Assembly: GCA_010015805.1 (NCBI GenBank)
Contig: ML978142.1
Location: forward strand, 62,001 to 126,000
Reading direction: 5' to 3'
Source of the DNA: Rhizodiscina lignyota
Taxonomy: Eukaryota
Length of the DNA: 64,000 nt
The notes under the pieces: model-generated
Databases searched by the model: none
What the model was told of the DNA's origin: nothing
What the model saw: only the letters and a program-made list of their open reading frames with translations
Shown: piece by piece, positions 27,154 to 41,055 of the stretch
Layout of the letters: every line of letters begins with the position of its first letter
How positions within the stretch are numbered: position 1 is the stretch's first letter
Translations under genes and position numbers: made by a program

Positions 27154-28081
27154 CTAATCCTCCGCGCAAAATGTAACAATTGAGCCCCTCCTGCCCTCAT
27201 CTAGCGCATCAAACGTGTGCATGTCCTCCTCTGAAATCTCCCAACCATATACATCTGCGTTTTCTTCAATGCGGCTCGGTGTCGCCGTTTTCGGTAGCGG
27301 CACCCAGCCCTTCTGAAGTGCGTATTTGATCAGAAGCTGCGCCTGCGTCTTGCCGGGATATTTCTTGACCAGTGCATTGAGTGTGGGGTCGTCTGCTCTT
27401 CTGTTACGGACGAGTGGACAGTATGCTTGGATGACGATGCCTTGCGAGTGGCAGTATTCGACTGTCTTTCGTTGCTGGCACCATGGATGAAGCTGTGGAG
27501 CCATTAGACGTGTCCAGTTGTAATTTAAGAAACGTATTGCTCCGGCGCAAATGTACCTCAATCTGATTCACCGCTGGGGGCCAATCCTGCGTGTACTCCT
27601 TCATCTCCTCAATGTGCGGCTTCCCATAATTACTGACCCCAATATTCCTCACATACCCCTCCTTCTTCGCCCTCTCAATCGCCTTCCACATCATCTCTCT
27701 CGCCCCCCTCCCACCATTTGGGTTATGCACGAGAAACAAGTCCACATACGGCTTCTCGTGCCCTCCATTCCCTTCGCCGCCAGCCTTCTTGACGCTTTCC
27801 ATCACCTTCTCATACGTGCTCTTCTCATCCTGTCCTGGGAACATAATCTTGGTAGTGACGAAGATTTCACTTCTCTTCAGCCCTGAATCATTTACCGCGC
27901 GTCCCACTTCCGCCTCGTTGGCGTACATCTGCGCCGAGTCGATGTGCCTGTATCCGGCTTTGAATGCTGCGAGACAGGCATTGTAACAGACGTCATCGAG
28001 CGCTTTGTAGACGCCGAATCCGAGCTGCGGGATGCGGTAGGGGGAGTCGCGGAGGGGGAGCGACTTGTCATCTGCGGCCAT
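27154..28081 (-). CDS. Aldo/keto reductase
   Basis: IPQLGFGVY, GYRHIDSAQMY, IFVTTK, IGVSNY, VNQIELHPW, PLPKT. Intron 27556-27493. Confidence 0.95.
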
Positions 28082-28472
28082 TTTGTCAATTGAGTGATTG
28101 GAAGGGGTTTGGAAAGCTCTTCGTGCTCAATCGGCGGGCAGAAGACCGGGGAGGAATTGGTGGATATAGAGTGAGACCCCTGGAGGGGCCCCACTGGCAA
28201 CTGAAGTCACATATCGGTGTCGTATTGAGCGGTTCGCGGGGCGGCGCTCATGATGTATAGCTAGAGGTGCTGTGGAACGTTCGATGGAGCTCCGAATTCG
28301 AGGTACACTACCGAAGTCCCGTCACGCTGATTCGGTGGATGCGGAATCTTTAAATGGCGTTATTCCAGGTTCCCGAAGATTAGCCGACTGGCCTGACTTT
28401 CGTGCGAGTAAAAGGTCAGATGCGCCACTCGTGAATACAATGTCAAGAAGTCGAGAGTAAATCTCCGCAAAG

Positions 28473-29693
28473 ATGGTCCTGGAAGCGATCCGCTATGATC
28501 GCGGAAACCTGCAAATTCTTGATCAATTGAAGCTCCCGCATGCAGAGGTATACGATGATATCAACACCAGCGGCGACGCCTGGGAGGCGATCAAGCATAT
28601 GCGGACGAGAGGTGCACCAGCAATTGCCATCGTCGCGGCGTTATCACTTGCAGTCGAACTATTGATCGCGGACATTCCGCCGACAGCTGGTGATACGGCG
28701 GCTTTTGTTTACGACAGGCTCGATTATCTGGTCACGAGCAGACCAACGGCGGTTAATCTGGCAGATGCGGTGCGGAAGCTGAAGGCAGTGGTGGATGCCG
28801 AGGTTGCAAAAGTGAAGGCGGATGGAAATGGAGACAGCATCAGGGAGGCGTACATTGCCGCTGCTGAGAAGATGTTGGTGGACGATGTGCGCGACAATGA
28901 GGCCATTGGGAAGCATGGCGCGGAGTGGATACAGAAGAATACGGAATTTGGGCAGAACGGACAAGTTAGTGTTATCACGCATTGTAATACAGGGTATGAC
29001 AGCCCGCTCCAATGAGTTTGGAACTTGATATTGACAGGCTACAGCTCTCTCGCCACAGCCGGCTATGGTACAGCGCTAGGTGTAATACGCGCGTTACACT
29101 CTGCTGGTACCCTCAAGCATGCGTTCTGCACAGAAACCAGGCCATACAACCAAGGCTCGAGATTGACGGCATTTGAACTTGTCCACGACAAGATCCCAGC
29201 AACGCTTGTGACCGACTCAATGGCTGCGGCACTGTTGAAACTCAAAGGCCCTTCGGAACGTATAGCGGCTATTGTCGTAGGTGCGGACCGAGTTGCGGCG
29301 AATGGCGATACCGCGAATAAGATCGGAACGTACTCATTGGCGATTCTTGCCAAGTTCCATGGCGTGAAGTTCCTCGTCGCTGCGCCGAGGACGACAATCG
29401 ATCTGCAGACGAAGTCCGGTGCGGACATTGTGATCGAGGAGCGGCCAGGCAATGAAGTGACGCTAGTCAAGGGTCCCAAGTGGGTTGCTGTCTTGGACGA
29501 GGTCGACCTTAGCTCGTCGGAGACGATCAAGATTGCAGCCAGCGGCATCGACGTCTGGAATCCGGCGTTCGATGTCACGCCTGCGGAGCTCATTGACGGG
29601 ATCATCACCGAGGTTGGTGTGGTTGAGAAGGATAAGAACGGCGAGTTCCAACTGCAGAATGTCTTCCAGGGTTTGACAAATGGCAATGGCTGA
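28473..29693 (+). CDS. MRI1: Methylthioribose-1-phosphate isomerase
   Basis: [65 protein letters not shown]. Intron 28994-29044. Confidence 0.97.
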
Positions 29694-29863
29694 GGTGCTG
29701 GTAATGTGGTGATGTTGAGGCTTCGAACGGATGGAATCACTCCGATATGGTACCTCATGAAGACAGCTGCCCAAGGTTGCTGAACTGGGTTGCCATTGTA
29801 TATTTTGAATACACATCCACCAGGCCCTTCACTGGGTTGCAACTGCATAGTAGTATTATCACC

Positions 29864-30170
29864 TCAGGGCTTCTTATCGCCATCTTCGGGAGCGTCGACT
29901 TGCGGTGCCGACATCGAGTTCGTGGCACCATTCCTCTGCGGCTCCTGCTTGTCAGCCTGGGCTAGCATTTCGTCAATCTTGCGCTCCAGTGCTGCCAATT
30001 GATTCTCTATCTGGGTCGCCGTTCTTTCGCCTTTCGCAAGGTCCTTGAATGCCTGCTGCCTTTGTTAGCCCAGGGACGCCGTCGTGCGCATTTCGCCTGC
30101 GCACCTGAGCGAGATCCGCCTCTGGATTCACACTCTTCTGGCTCTCGCCGTTTTGCTGTGCTGCCATCAT
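29864..30170 (-). CDS. Small coiled-coil hypothetical protein (84 aa)
   Basis: Exons 30170-30105 and 30052-29864 with a GTGCGC...CTAAC...CAG intron give ...[38 protein letters not shown]... Confidence 0.75.
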
Positions 30171-30402
30171 CGGAGCCCTGCGGTTTACGAGAATATTCGT
30201 AAGCTTGAAGGAGTGGAGGAAGCTTAGAGGTCGCCTGCGGTTTTACGTGCGGTGCTTGGCGTTACGCAAGCTCCCCGTGAACCAGCAGATCCTCGAGCTC
30301 CAACTTGGCACTCGCAATACACTCGACCATTTGCTTCCACTCTCTCATACGCCCTCTCAGGGCATTTTCGCACGTCTTGACTGTTTTGGCACGTGCTTCA
30401 AT

Positions 30403-33400
30403 ATGTATTCTCAGTCGCAGGCCTTCTTAGGCGGCGGTAATAGCGCTCGTCCTGGCCAACCTCCGTATGGGCAGCAGCAGTCTTTCCAGCAACAGCAGCC
30501 TAATGGCTTTGGACCACAGCCAACTGGCTATGGCCAGCAGCCTTTACAGTCTCAGTATACAGGCTTCCCAGGGCAGCAAGGCTTTCCTCAACAACAGACA
30601 GGCTTGCAACCCCAATTCACGGGATTTCCGGGGCAGAGCCAGCCTCAGTTTCAGCAACCGCAACAGCAGCCTCCTCAGCAGCAACCTCCGATGCCAACAG
30701 GCCAGCAAAGCGCGCCTCCAGCGCAGCCGCAACGGCCACAAGCTACCGGCCTAACCTCCTCGCAGATTGCAGATTCGTTCCGCTCGACGCCGGCGGCGCA
30801 ACCGCCTCCCCCTTCGAGCAGCGCTCCCACGGGCTCAAAGATTCCTAACATTCGACTGTCCTTCATCACCGCGACAGACCAGGCAAAGTTTGAGCAGTTG
30901 TTCAAATCTGCTGTTGGGAGCAATGGGGCATTGTCCGGAGATCAGGCCAGGGAGCTGCTGCTGCGCTCGAAGCTTCCGGGTGATGCGCTATCTCAAATTT
31001 GGTAAGGTGGTCGTGTGCACATGTCGAGTATAATTCTGACCGTATCAGGACATTGTCAGATACTACAAAGTCTGGACAGCTCCTTTTCCCCGAGTTCGCG
31101 CTTGCCATGTACCTCTGCAATCTCAAGATCGTCGGCAAAGACCTCCCTGCGAGCCTCCCGGAGCGCGTACAGAATGAGGTGTCAAGTATGGTGGATATAA
31201 TATCGTTTGGTGTGCCAGATGACAAGCCAGCGGCTGCTCCACGGACCAATGCGCCAAACTTCAGCGAATCCTCACGAAACGTAGCAAGTCCGCCTGCGGT
31301 GCAACAACCACAAGCGCAGCAGCCGAACAACGCGCAACTCCTCGCTCAATTAACAAGCCAACCGACTGGTCTCATGCCTCAAATCACTGGTTTCCCAGGA
31401 CCAGGAGGAGCGCAAGGGTTTCAGCAGCAGCAACAGGGATTGCAGCCTCAGGTTACGGGATTCTTGGGTCCGCAAGGAGGAGGATACACGGGGCCACGTC
31501 CGCCTATGCCTCCCATGCCGACCGGATTCGGTGGCCAGCCAGGAATCTCGCCTCAACAGACGGGTATGCCAATCGCGCCGTTAAATGCTCAGCCGACTGG
31601 TATACCTGGTCAATGGGGTTTGGTGAATACACCAGCTTCTGGGTTGCCCAATATTGAAGCGTTAAAGCAACAATTGCTTCCTCAACCTGGCCGAGAAGGT
31701 GGATTCTCTACTGTTGGGCTTAGTGGTAGCGCACAGGTGCCCTGGGCAGTAACGAAGGATGAGAAGAAGATCTATGACGATTTGTTCAAGGCTTGGGATG
31801 GCTTTAACAGAGGGTACATTGGCGGCGACCAGGCCATTGAGATTTTGGGCCAAAGTGGTCTGGACAAGACCGATCTTGAGCGAATCTGGACACTCTCTGA
31901 CCCGAACAACCGAGGCAGGCTCAATCTCGATGAGTTTGCTGTGGCCATGCATTTAATTTATCGCAAGCTAAATGGCTACCCCGTGCCAAACAGACTCCCA
32001 CCAGAACTGGTTCCGCCGTCTACTCGCAATTTCAACGACTCGATTGGCGCGGTCAAATCGTCTTTATCGCGAGATGCCGAGGAGCGCAAGTCCACCGGTG
32101 CTTTCCTGCAGCCGCAGAAGACGGGCGTGTCATATTTGAAAACTCACTCTTTCCGGTCCGGAAGTCCTCTTAGTAGCGCTGCACGCAAGGACGCAACTGT
32201 CTTCCGCAACAATGACGATGACGTCGGTTATAAATCCAGCGCACGGCATCGCGTCGGCGCGGGCGGTCGCACGCCCAGCCCGCAGCAGCCGTCGAGCCCT
32301 GCCAATGATGAGCTCAGTCTTGACCAGATAAGGAAAAAGATCCGGGAAAAGCAGATTCTACTCGATGCCATGGACTTCCAGGACGAGAAGGACATGGACG
32401 AGGACGAGGCACTGGATCGCAAGGACAGACGTGAAGCAGAGGACCTTTACAGGCGCATTCGTCGCATACAGGAAGATATTGACGGCCACCCCGACGCGAT
32501 TTACAAGTCCAGCGATAGCGACGCAGAGCGCCGCACGCTGAAGCGCCAGTTGCAGGGTCTGACAGATAAGCTGCCCGAGCTGGCGAGCAATGTGCGGAGG
32601 ACCGAGCGCGCTATTGCAGACGCGCAGATGGAGCTTTTCCGCTTGAAAGATGCGAAGGAGCATCCGGGCTCTGCGGCTACTATCGTTGGCACCGGACCAG
32701 GTGGTGCGGTTACGGAATCTGATCGCCTAAAGGCGCGCGCGAAGGCTATGATGCAGCAGCGCTCGGCTGCTTTGACTGGCAGACCGGCCCCTGCAGGAGG
32801 AGACGACCCTGGGGCTGCGGCGAAGAGGCTGGAAGAGGAGAGCTCGCGCGTGATAACGGAGCGGGAGAATCACGAGAGGATGGTGAGAGATGTTGAAGAG
32901 AGTGTGACGGAGTACAGCAAGTCTCTGGAGCTCAACCTCAAGGAAGGTGGTGAGAGCGCGGATAATGAGCATGAGAGGCGTAGGTGGGAGGATGCTTTGG
33001 GTGTTGAGGATGAGGTCCGGGACTTCATTTTTGACTTGCAACGAGAGAGCCGGGCGTCGAGAGTCAGGCGCGAAGACAACGTTCGAGGCTCGAACAGAGA
33101 TGGCTATTCCTCCAGAGCTGCTGAAGAGCCGAAGCCTAGCGCCCGCGTTGAGGAACCGGCTCGTAACGAATCCCCTGTGCAGAGATCCGCCAATGCAACG
33201 CCAACTGGTGGAGCATCTTACTCGTCTTTCAAGTCGGGCGAGGACCGTGCCACGTTCATCAAACAGCAGGCTGAGCAGCGCATGGCAGAACGTCTGGCGG
33301 CTCTGGGCCTCCGCGCTCCTGTTTCTAAACAAACCGGCGAGACAGCACAGCAGCGGATGGAGCGTGAGAAGAAGGAGCGCGAAGAGAAACTCCGCCAGGC

Positions 33401-34873
33401 CGAAGAGGAAGATAGACGTCGGGATGAGGAGAGACAGAAGAGGCTTATTGATGAAGGTCTCGCTCCCCCTGTGACGGGCAAGGCTCCAAGTGGAGGAAAG
33501 AAGCCACCGCCAGCTCCTCCAAGCAGAAAGAAGGCCGAAAGTGTTGGACAACATGAAGCTGCGCAAGCAGAGGCGGAGAAGAAGAGGGTTGAGCATGAGA
33601 TGGCAGAACGAGCTCTAAAGGAGCAACAGGAGGTCCAGCAAAGGGAGCGGAAGTCTATGGAGTAAGTTTATTTCTTTAGATTTATTATCATCGTAGGTAC
33701 TGACATGCTCGAAGGGATGAGGCGAGACGTGCCGAGGACGACCTCGTAAAGGAACAGGAAGAGGCACAGGCCCGCCTTCGTGCTCTGGAAGAGCAAGTCA
33801 AGCAGGGCAAGATGAAGAAACAAGAAGAGAAGCGTGCTAGACAAGCTGCTCAACGTGAAGCGAAAGACAAGGAAGAGCGCGTTGCTGCTCAGAGGAGGGA
33901 GTTGGAAGCGGCCAGGGAACGAGAACGTCAGCTGCAAATGCAACTCGAGAGTCTGGAAGATGAGGATTCCAGCGACGACGAAGGTCCGCAGGAGATCACT
34001 CCGCAAGAGACTACTCCAACGGCTAGCCAGGAGCTTCCTGCTCAACCTCCCTCGGCGCCACCGGTGCCTCAACCAGCCCATGAGCCGACTCCACCATCGT
34101 CAATCGCGACTCCTAGCACCAGCACCATAGCTAGCCCAGCAGCCCCGCCAACTGTCGATGCTGAGAACAAGAACCCCTTCCTGAAGAAGATGGCCGCAGC
34201 AACTGCAAGCGCCAACGCAACCGCAGATACCACCCCACCTCCCGCCCCGCCACCAGCGCCGCCAGCAGCTGAGTCCACCAACCCCTTCCACCGCCTCACT
34301 CAAAACGACACCGCCTCTGTACCCACCGCCCGCTCGCGTGCGCGCAACGCAGACGAGGACGACTGGTCTGTCGTTGACGACGACGCAAACTCCTCGTCCG
34401 ACGACGAGCCCGGCCCCACTGGCGGCTCCGCCAAACAGCTCGCCAGCATCCTTTTCGGCACCATGGGCCCGCCGCGCCCGCTCTCCGCCATGGATGAGAA
34501 GAAGAGCCCGACCGGCCGCGACAGCCCCTCCGTCGCTATCACGCCCGCCTCGCCTACAGCAAGTTCGGGCCCACCTCCTGCGACTGCGAGCCCATCGAAT
34601 GCGCCTCCTCCGCCGCCGTTGCCGAGTGGAAGTCCTTCAGCCCCGCCGCCGCCTCCCCCTTTGCCCGGTGCGGGCGCGCCTGGAGGCCCACCTCCACCAC
34701 CACCATTGCCCGGTGCAGGGGCTCCGCCTGCTCCGCCAATGCCGAATTTGCCGGGTGGGGGTACGGAGAAAAGAGGTGCGCTGCTGGGGCAGATTCGTTC
34801 GGGGACGGGGCTGAGGAAGGTGGAGACGAAGGATAGGAGTCAGAGCTCCGTCGCGGGGAAGGTGTTGGATTGA
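30403..34873 (+). CDS. PAN1: Actin cytoskeleton-regulatory complex protein Pan1
   Basis: QxTG repeats, two EH domains ([10 protein letters not shown]...[18 protein letters not shown]...[10 protein letters not shown]), coiled coil, NPF motifs, polyproline tract, WH2-like end ([17 protein letters not shown]). Introns 31002-31048 and 33662-33714. Confidence 0.96.
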
Positions 34874-35362
34874 TTGGGAAGTGTGGAGTATGAGGCTTTG
34901 TGGGTCTGGGTTGGGTTTTAGCGGGTTGCTATTGCGAAGAAGAATTAGAGAGGCGCTGATAGGAAGCCGGGTTTGGTAGGCTTGCGAGTCGGTATGTCTT
35001 CTTCTCCTTCCTCGAGTTGAAATTGCAGATACGGCTTGTGGTAGAGGTGGGTGAGATACAAATTGTACAAATATTCAATTGATATTAATTCACATCCACT
35101 TTACTGGACCATCAGAGACAGTAGATGATGATGGCACATTTTCCACCAAAGCTTCGGACGTGATCCTTCTGGCGGACAAATTTCGGTAGATCTGCTGCTG
35201 TCCTTAGAGTCTTCTCAGGCCACCCACCGGGACACTTGTGTGCCGGATACAGGGAACTCGAGAAAATATAGAAATGCGGCACTGAGGCTTCATATTCTAG
35301 CAGTTGCAACTCAGTCTACTCAGGTGTCCATCCTTCTTTGATTCCGTCCACCAGCAATAGTA

Positions 35363-36268
35363 ATGGAGCAAGGCCAGACTCCCGGCGAGAAGCCAGGCCA
35401 TCCGCCCGCTCAAGCGACCCTCCACGAGATACGGACTGCGGAAAACAGCGCTGCATATTTGCTGCCCAAGTTGCAGTCCATGAAAGAATCCAACCCCCAT
35501 TTGACGCTCTTAGACGTCGGCGCTGGCTCAGGCACCATCTCTGTGAGTTTCGCCAAGCTCATCCCCGACGGCCACGTTACCGGCGTCGACCTCAACCTTA
35601 ACGTCTTGCCACGAGCACGAGCTGTCGCTGAAATGGCTGGCGTAAAAAACATTGAGTTTCAGCAGGGCAGTATCTACAAGCTCCCTTTTGCCGACGAGAC
35701 ATTCGACGTCACCTTCTGTCATCAGGTGCTAATCCATATTGGCACCCCGTGGGATGCACTGCGCGAAATGCTCCGAGTAACAAAGCGAGGCGGTATTGTC
35801 GCGGCCCGCGAGGGCGACTACGAGACGGAGTGCATCTGGCCCGAGCTTCCTGAGCTGCGCAAGTTCCATAAGCTCATGGCAGGCCTTATGAGTGCCGGCG
35901 GTGGCACTCCAACTACAGGCCGACAGCTGCTTTCTTGGGCACTTAAGGCCGGTGCCGAGCGGAGCCAGATCACGCTCAGCTATAGTACATCGTCATACCA
36001 TACACCGAGCGGTAGGAAAGTCTGCTGTAAGTTTCGTTGTTCCACTCTGCTTCTCGTAGCTGCGATTATGGCTCTAATAGCTGTGTTTTCTCTAGCCCAG
36101 GGGCTGTGTGATCAGCTTAGAGGGGGTTCTTTGCGTGAGAAAGCCCTCAAGTTCAGCCTAGGTGCCGAGAATGATTTTGAAGAAATGGCCAAGGCTTGGG
36201 AGGAGTGGGCGAAGAGAGATGATGCGAGCTTGGCCATGCTGCATGGAGAAATTCTCGTCCAAAAGTAA
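35363..36268 (+). CDS. Class I SAM-dependent methyltransferase (UbiE/COQ5-like)
   Basis: LLDVGAGSGTIS, LPFADETFDV, ALREMLRVTKRGG. In-frame 69-nt intron 36027-36095. Confidence 0.9.
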   Translation: MEQGQTPGEKPGHPPAQATLHEIRTAENSAAYLLPKLQSMKESNPHLTLLDVGAGSGTISVSFAKLIPDGHVTGVDLNLNVLPRARAVAEMAGVKNIEFQQGSIYKLPFADETFDVTFCHQVLIHIGTPWDALREMLRVTKRGGIVAAREGDYETECIWPELPELRKFHKLMAGLMSAGGGTPTTGRQLLSWALKAGAERSQITLSYSTSSYHTPSGRKVCCKFRCSTLLLVAAIMALIAVFSLAQGLCDQLRGGSLREKALKFSLGAENDFEEMAKAWEEWAKRDDASLAMLHGEILVQK

Positions 36269-36769
36269 TTTCGAGACCCCAAGTGGCACTTTACCGCTGG
36301 TCCATGTACGGTTCAGACAACATCGCAAGCAAGTACGGCAAATGTCACAGCACAAAGATTCCAAACGCTCGCCGCTCTTTCAGAGTCCTCTTTTGTCCGG
36401 ATCAACAAGACCACTTTCCATGCTACGCTCCCGAGGCAGACGCTTGCCCCACTGAGCGTGCTCGGGTTGCAAGTAATTTCACATTCCCACCACTGGACGC
36501 TCCCCGAGTTGTCAGTGGGATTCCTCACGTCATGGCATTTATGAAGGGAATCCATCTTTTAATGTGTCGAGCTTAGCCCGGCTGAACATGGCCGTGTCGA
36601 ACTCAACAGCATTACGAACAAATAGAATGCACAAGCCGAAGCTAGGCTCGAGACAAGCGCTATTTGTCCGCCACACAGACCCAGATCGATGTATTCTCCG
36701 CAAGCGGAGTTCTCATTGAAACCACCAATCCGTCCTGGTTCTGGGGAACCACATCAGAGCACAGCGTGT

Positions 36770-37134
36770 TATATCAGGTCTCCAAGCGGACTGCAGGACC
36801 GCTGGGTCTTCTTCGACTCTACGTCTAGCGCGCAGCGTGACGGCAGCGTGACGTGTGCACGCTATCCAAGACTACGGACAGGACTTGATCTTTCCGGCAG
36901 GTGGGAAACGAAGGGAGTAAGAACCCGCTGTTTGTCAATGGGAGCCATACGTTTAATACGCGCGGCGAGTCATGCACATATACCGGTACTAGCAGTACGA
37001 TTGGGACGTTGACGTGGGGAAGTGAGACGGTGAATAGTGCGAGGGATGCGAATTTTGGGGAGACGCCGATTCAGTATGTGGATGAAGATGTAGGGGAGGA
37101 TATTTTTCAGCCGCAGATTGTTTGTGATTTCTAG
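36770..37134 (+). pseudogene. Possible degenerate C-terminal fragment of a secreted Cys-containing protein
   Basis: Protein-like pieces in two frames (WVFFDSTSSAQRDGSVTC; NPLFVNGSHTFNTRGESCTYTGTSSTIGTL...QPQIVCDF*) with no convincing start or signal peptide. Confidence 0.3.
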
Positions 37135-37548
37135 ACGACTCTGAACATTAGCATCACGAGAGGACGATATCGAATGTGCAATTTCGTTCTCTTGGAATGC
37201 AGCGATTTGGCCTGAGAAGCTGAAAGGAAGTGTAAAACATGGGGAGGACGAGATGTACATTCGAAGGAGATAGTTCTGCATTTCATAATTGACGAGCAAA
37301 TCTGTCAAAGCTACGGCATCCTTTCTTTTATCACGTTCAAAGTCGATATATCTGTAAGTCTTACATTCCCAGTTCTGGAAAACTCGTCCTGATTGTCTTA
37401 TCGCTAGTTATCGACAGCGATATGTGTTTAGGAGTGATTAGGAGAGAACATATCATGGACACGGAGAATTGACAACGGGGTTACGTGACAGAATGCACCT
37501 CTGGAGAATGTTTTCATTCCAAAATTAGTGATGAATAAAATATACCGC

Positions 37549-40500
37549 TCAAGCGTCCTCTTGGCCAAAAAACTCCTCGAATCTCGGGTCTCCACCCAAC
37601 CCACACTCCTCCAGCACATCAAAACACCGCACTAACAGCACCGGAAAACGACTCGTCCAATACCTCAAATATCCGCCACTCAAACTGCCCACCTTTGCCT
37701 TCACATCCTCCGGCATATCCGCATAGTGATTCTTCTTGTTCCTCAGCGCGCGCAACAAGTCTACCATCTTGTGGCCTTGGTACTTGCGCTGCTTGCCTAG
37801 GGTGTCGGTGAACTTGCGGTCTAGGATGGCGAGGAAGTCGCCGTTGGGGATTACTTCGAAGGCTTTGGATTCGAGAATTTGCAGATGTTCGGAAGGGGGG
37901 TCGCGCGGCTCGCGTTCGAAGTGGTCGGAGACTTCGCAAAGGAAGGTGAGGCGTTTGGAGGCCGACCAGAAGAACGGGTGGTTCTTGACTTGCAGGGCGG
38001 AAGGTCTGTGTTCAATGTTAGATCAGTAATGATGAAAATTTGTGAAGATCGCTCACCTATCCCTCGGATCATACTCCAACATCCAACTAATAAGATGCTT
38101 CGGCTCTTCGCTCTCAGGCCCCAGAGCATCCAGTTTGCTAAAGTCGCTCTTCCCGGATTTGATATTGACTTCGCGCATCACTGTCCACTGCTCGGTGTTC
38201 CCACAATCGAAAGGATGCGCGCCATTCGTCAGGACGAAGAAGAAGACACATCCAAGGCTGAAGATGTCGCAAGCGCGCTTCACCGGAGCAGTAGGGTCAG
38301 CACCGCCGGAAAGACTACTCGAGTTCTCTTGGGTTTCGCTATGTTGGGAGCTGCTGGTGTTGCCATTCTGCTGCTTGCCGACCAGCTCCGGCGCTTTCCA
38401 GCCTGTGGTGCCAACATTTCCGATGGTGCCAGCGAGTGTGCTCTGTTGATCTGGGAGGGTTTTGCAGAGGCCAAAGTCGGAGATGACGAGTCGCGGGCCG
38501 CCGGTTTCGTGCTTCTTGGGAATGGCGATGAGAATGTTTTGCGGTTTGATGTCTCTGTGGACGAGCCTGAGCTTGTGCAAGTGAGCCAATCCATTTGCTA
38601 TCTGGTGAAGTGTGGCCGGGGCGTTTGAATTGATTTGATTGACAATGTTCACTCGATCATCGCTCAAGCCGTCGATGTTTCCACCTTCTCTGTACAAATC
38701 GAAGAGGCTAGCCTGGCACTTCTCGACAGCAATGTAGATGAAGTTGTTGTCTCGTTGATGATCGTAGTATCGAATCACGTTGGGATGATCGTCGCTCTGT
38801 TCCAGCAGCGCCACTTCCTGTGTCGCAAGTTCGATGTATTGTGGAAGAACACGTTTGACGGCGACGTCGCGATTGCCCTTTCGGCCTTCAAACACAGTCG
38901 TACCACCGCTGCCATAGCCCAAGATACGGTCCGTAAAGATCTCGAGGTTACTGATCACGATGGTGCCAGAAACATCGCTGGCTCCGCCGCTTGCACTGAT
39001 TTCATCTGGTTGCATTGGATGGCTCTGGTCAATCTGCTTCCCAATCTGCTCCGTGAGGCCGCCCTCGTCGTTACTGCCATTGTCTGTCTTCTTCTTCCGT
39101 TTCTTTCCGCCTCTTTGCCCGCGATGTGCCTTCTTTTTCTTTGGAGTGTCGGCGCCGGTGCCATCTGTTTGTGCGGATTCAAGGCCCTCTATATCACCAT
39201 CAGCAGGCGTTGAAGGCTCAGTGATGGGTGAAGACTCGGATTCTTCTCCATTCGCACCCTGCTCTGGGACGTCGAATCTGACGGCTTTGCGTTCTGGCTC
39301 ATCGCTTGTTGTGATCGGAGGCGGAGCTTCGACTTGCTTGACATCTGGAGCCGCCTTGACAATCTCTGACTCGAGAGGGATAATGACGCTGCTTCCGTTG
39401 ATGATGGTCTTCAACAGCTTTCCTTTGGCAATGAAGCCTAAGCATGCCAACGCAGTTACAGCACCAATCATCCAGGTACTGAACCACAATGACCCCGACT
39501 TGCTAGGAGCAGCAACTGGTACTTTCTCATTAGTGTCATTGGGCGGGTCGACTACGATTGGCTCTTTGATTGGCACCGGGCCTTGAAGGGTCAACAGATT
39601 CCGCTGGCGATGATCGTCTTCGGCATCAGCGAGGGCATGTTTCCCAACCAATTCCCATCTACGCGGCGTATACGGGAAGCGGAATCCCTGCTCGTTCCAA
39701 TTGAGCATGTTTACATAGCACTGAGCGTCTTTCGCGGAGCTCGTGACGAATGGGTACTTCTGCTCTGACATGGCATACCAGCCACCTGATTCGGTGCAAT
39801 TGACAAAGATGTGAGGGTTCTGGCTGGTCTCTTCGAAGCGCAGTGACGGTTGAGGCAGTATGACAAGCGATGCTTCGTTCGGGTCGGCCTCGACATGGCG
39901 CGCGACATCAAAGACGCGGACGACTGGCGCTGAGAGTTTGTTCTGGTTTCGAGGCCGCAGGTCATCGAGGGAGTCGACATCTTTGGCATCAACTGACAAG
40001 AAATGACCATCATGCCGAGACAGGATATAGTTATTGTCGAGCGTGGATTGGTATTGCGCCCCGAGGTCTCGGTCTCGCCCGTTCGCCGCCCACTCGGAAT
40101 AGCGGATGGTGCATATCGGCTCCAGCGTCGATTGGTTGCGAATGACGACGGTGTAGTCGGTTCGGGCAATCATGAAATGACTTCTCGATTCGCATTCCTC
40201 ATTGACACTCTCAAAATCAGCCACTGGAGGACAACTATTCTCCGCTGCATACCCAAACATTGCAGCATCTGATGAAACTTCCTTGATCAGTCTTCCCGTG
40301 GCCGCGTTCAGAGTGAAGAGTGTGGCATCCTTCTTGGCAGTATAGATGACAAACGGCTCCTCTGAACTTGCGTATGTGGACATGTCCGTTAATGTCTTCA
40401 CGGTGGCCGCAATCTTCTGCAGGCCATTGTCTTTGTAGATGTAGAGGGCACCGTCTTCGGTCGGTTCGACGATCCAGAGCCACTCGTCCGCTTCAATGGT

Positions 40501-41055
40501 GGCATCGTGTCCCGAGTAATTCTGACGGTGGTATTGGGTGTTGACGATGGGTCGTGACGGCTCTCCGGCCGGAGGAAAGGTCCACTTCTGTTTCCTGCCC
40601 GTCTTCCTGTCAACTGCATGGATCCTTCCATCAATAGTCGCCAACAGGACCAGATCCTCGACCTCCCAGTCTCGCAAGGACCGCGCAACGGCTGCTTCGG
40701 AACTGCGGCGACCGGTGAGGCCGGAGCCGGCAGCAGTGCTTGCGGAGAGTGGTGCTCGCACAGCAGGGTCATGCTCTGCTGGAGCCAAGGTCGCAATGGC
40801 GCGCTGATTGTTTCCAGATGGTAGTGATATGGATGTGTGGAGGGGGTTGGCGTCGGTGTCGCGGAACTTGCCATGGGGCACTTCGAGACGTGACGACGGC
40901 TTGGAGGTGTGCTTTATGGTGCGAGGCCGCAACACCGAGTTCTCCGGCGGAGAGCTCTGGTATCGGCTGCCATCTTGCGGTTGCTGCTGCTGAGCTACCG
41001 CAAGCGCTCCAAGGACGAAGATGATCCAGCGGAGGCCCGATTGGCCTGCTGGCAT
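37549..41055 (-). CDS. IRE1: Ser/Thr kinase/endoribonuclease Ire1
   Basis: Signal peptide, luminal domain, TM helix, kinase (LGYGSGGTTVF, VAVKR, HRDIKPQN, ISDFGLCK, GWKAPE) and KEN RNase (DLLRALRNKKNHY). Intron 38056-38006. Confidence 0.97.

Noticed and set aside
32727..33596. Long antisense ORFs over PAN1 (also over IRE1, GH35 and MRI1)
   Set aside because: Shadow ORFs from codon bias of the real genes, with no motifs of their own.
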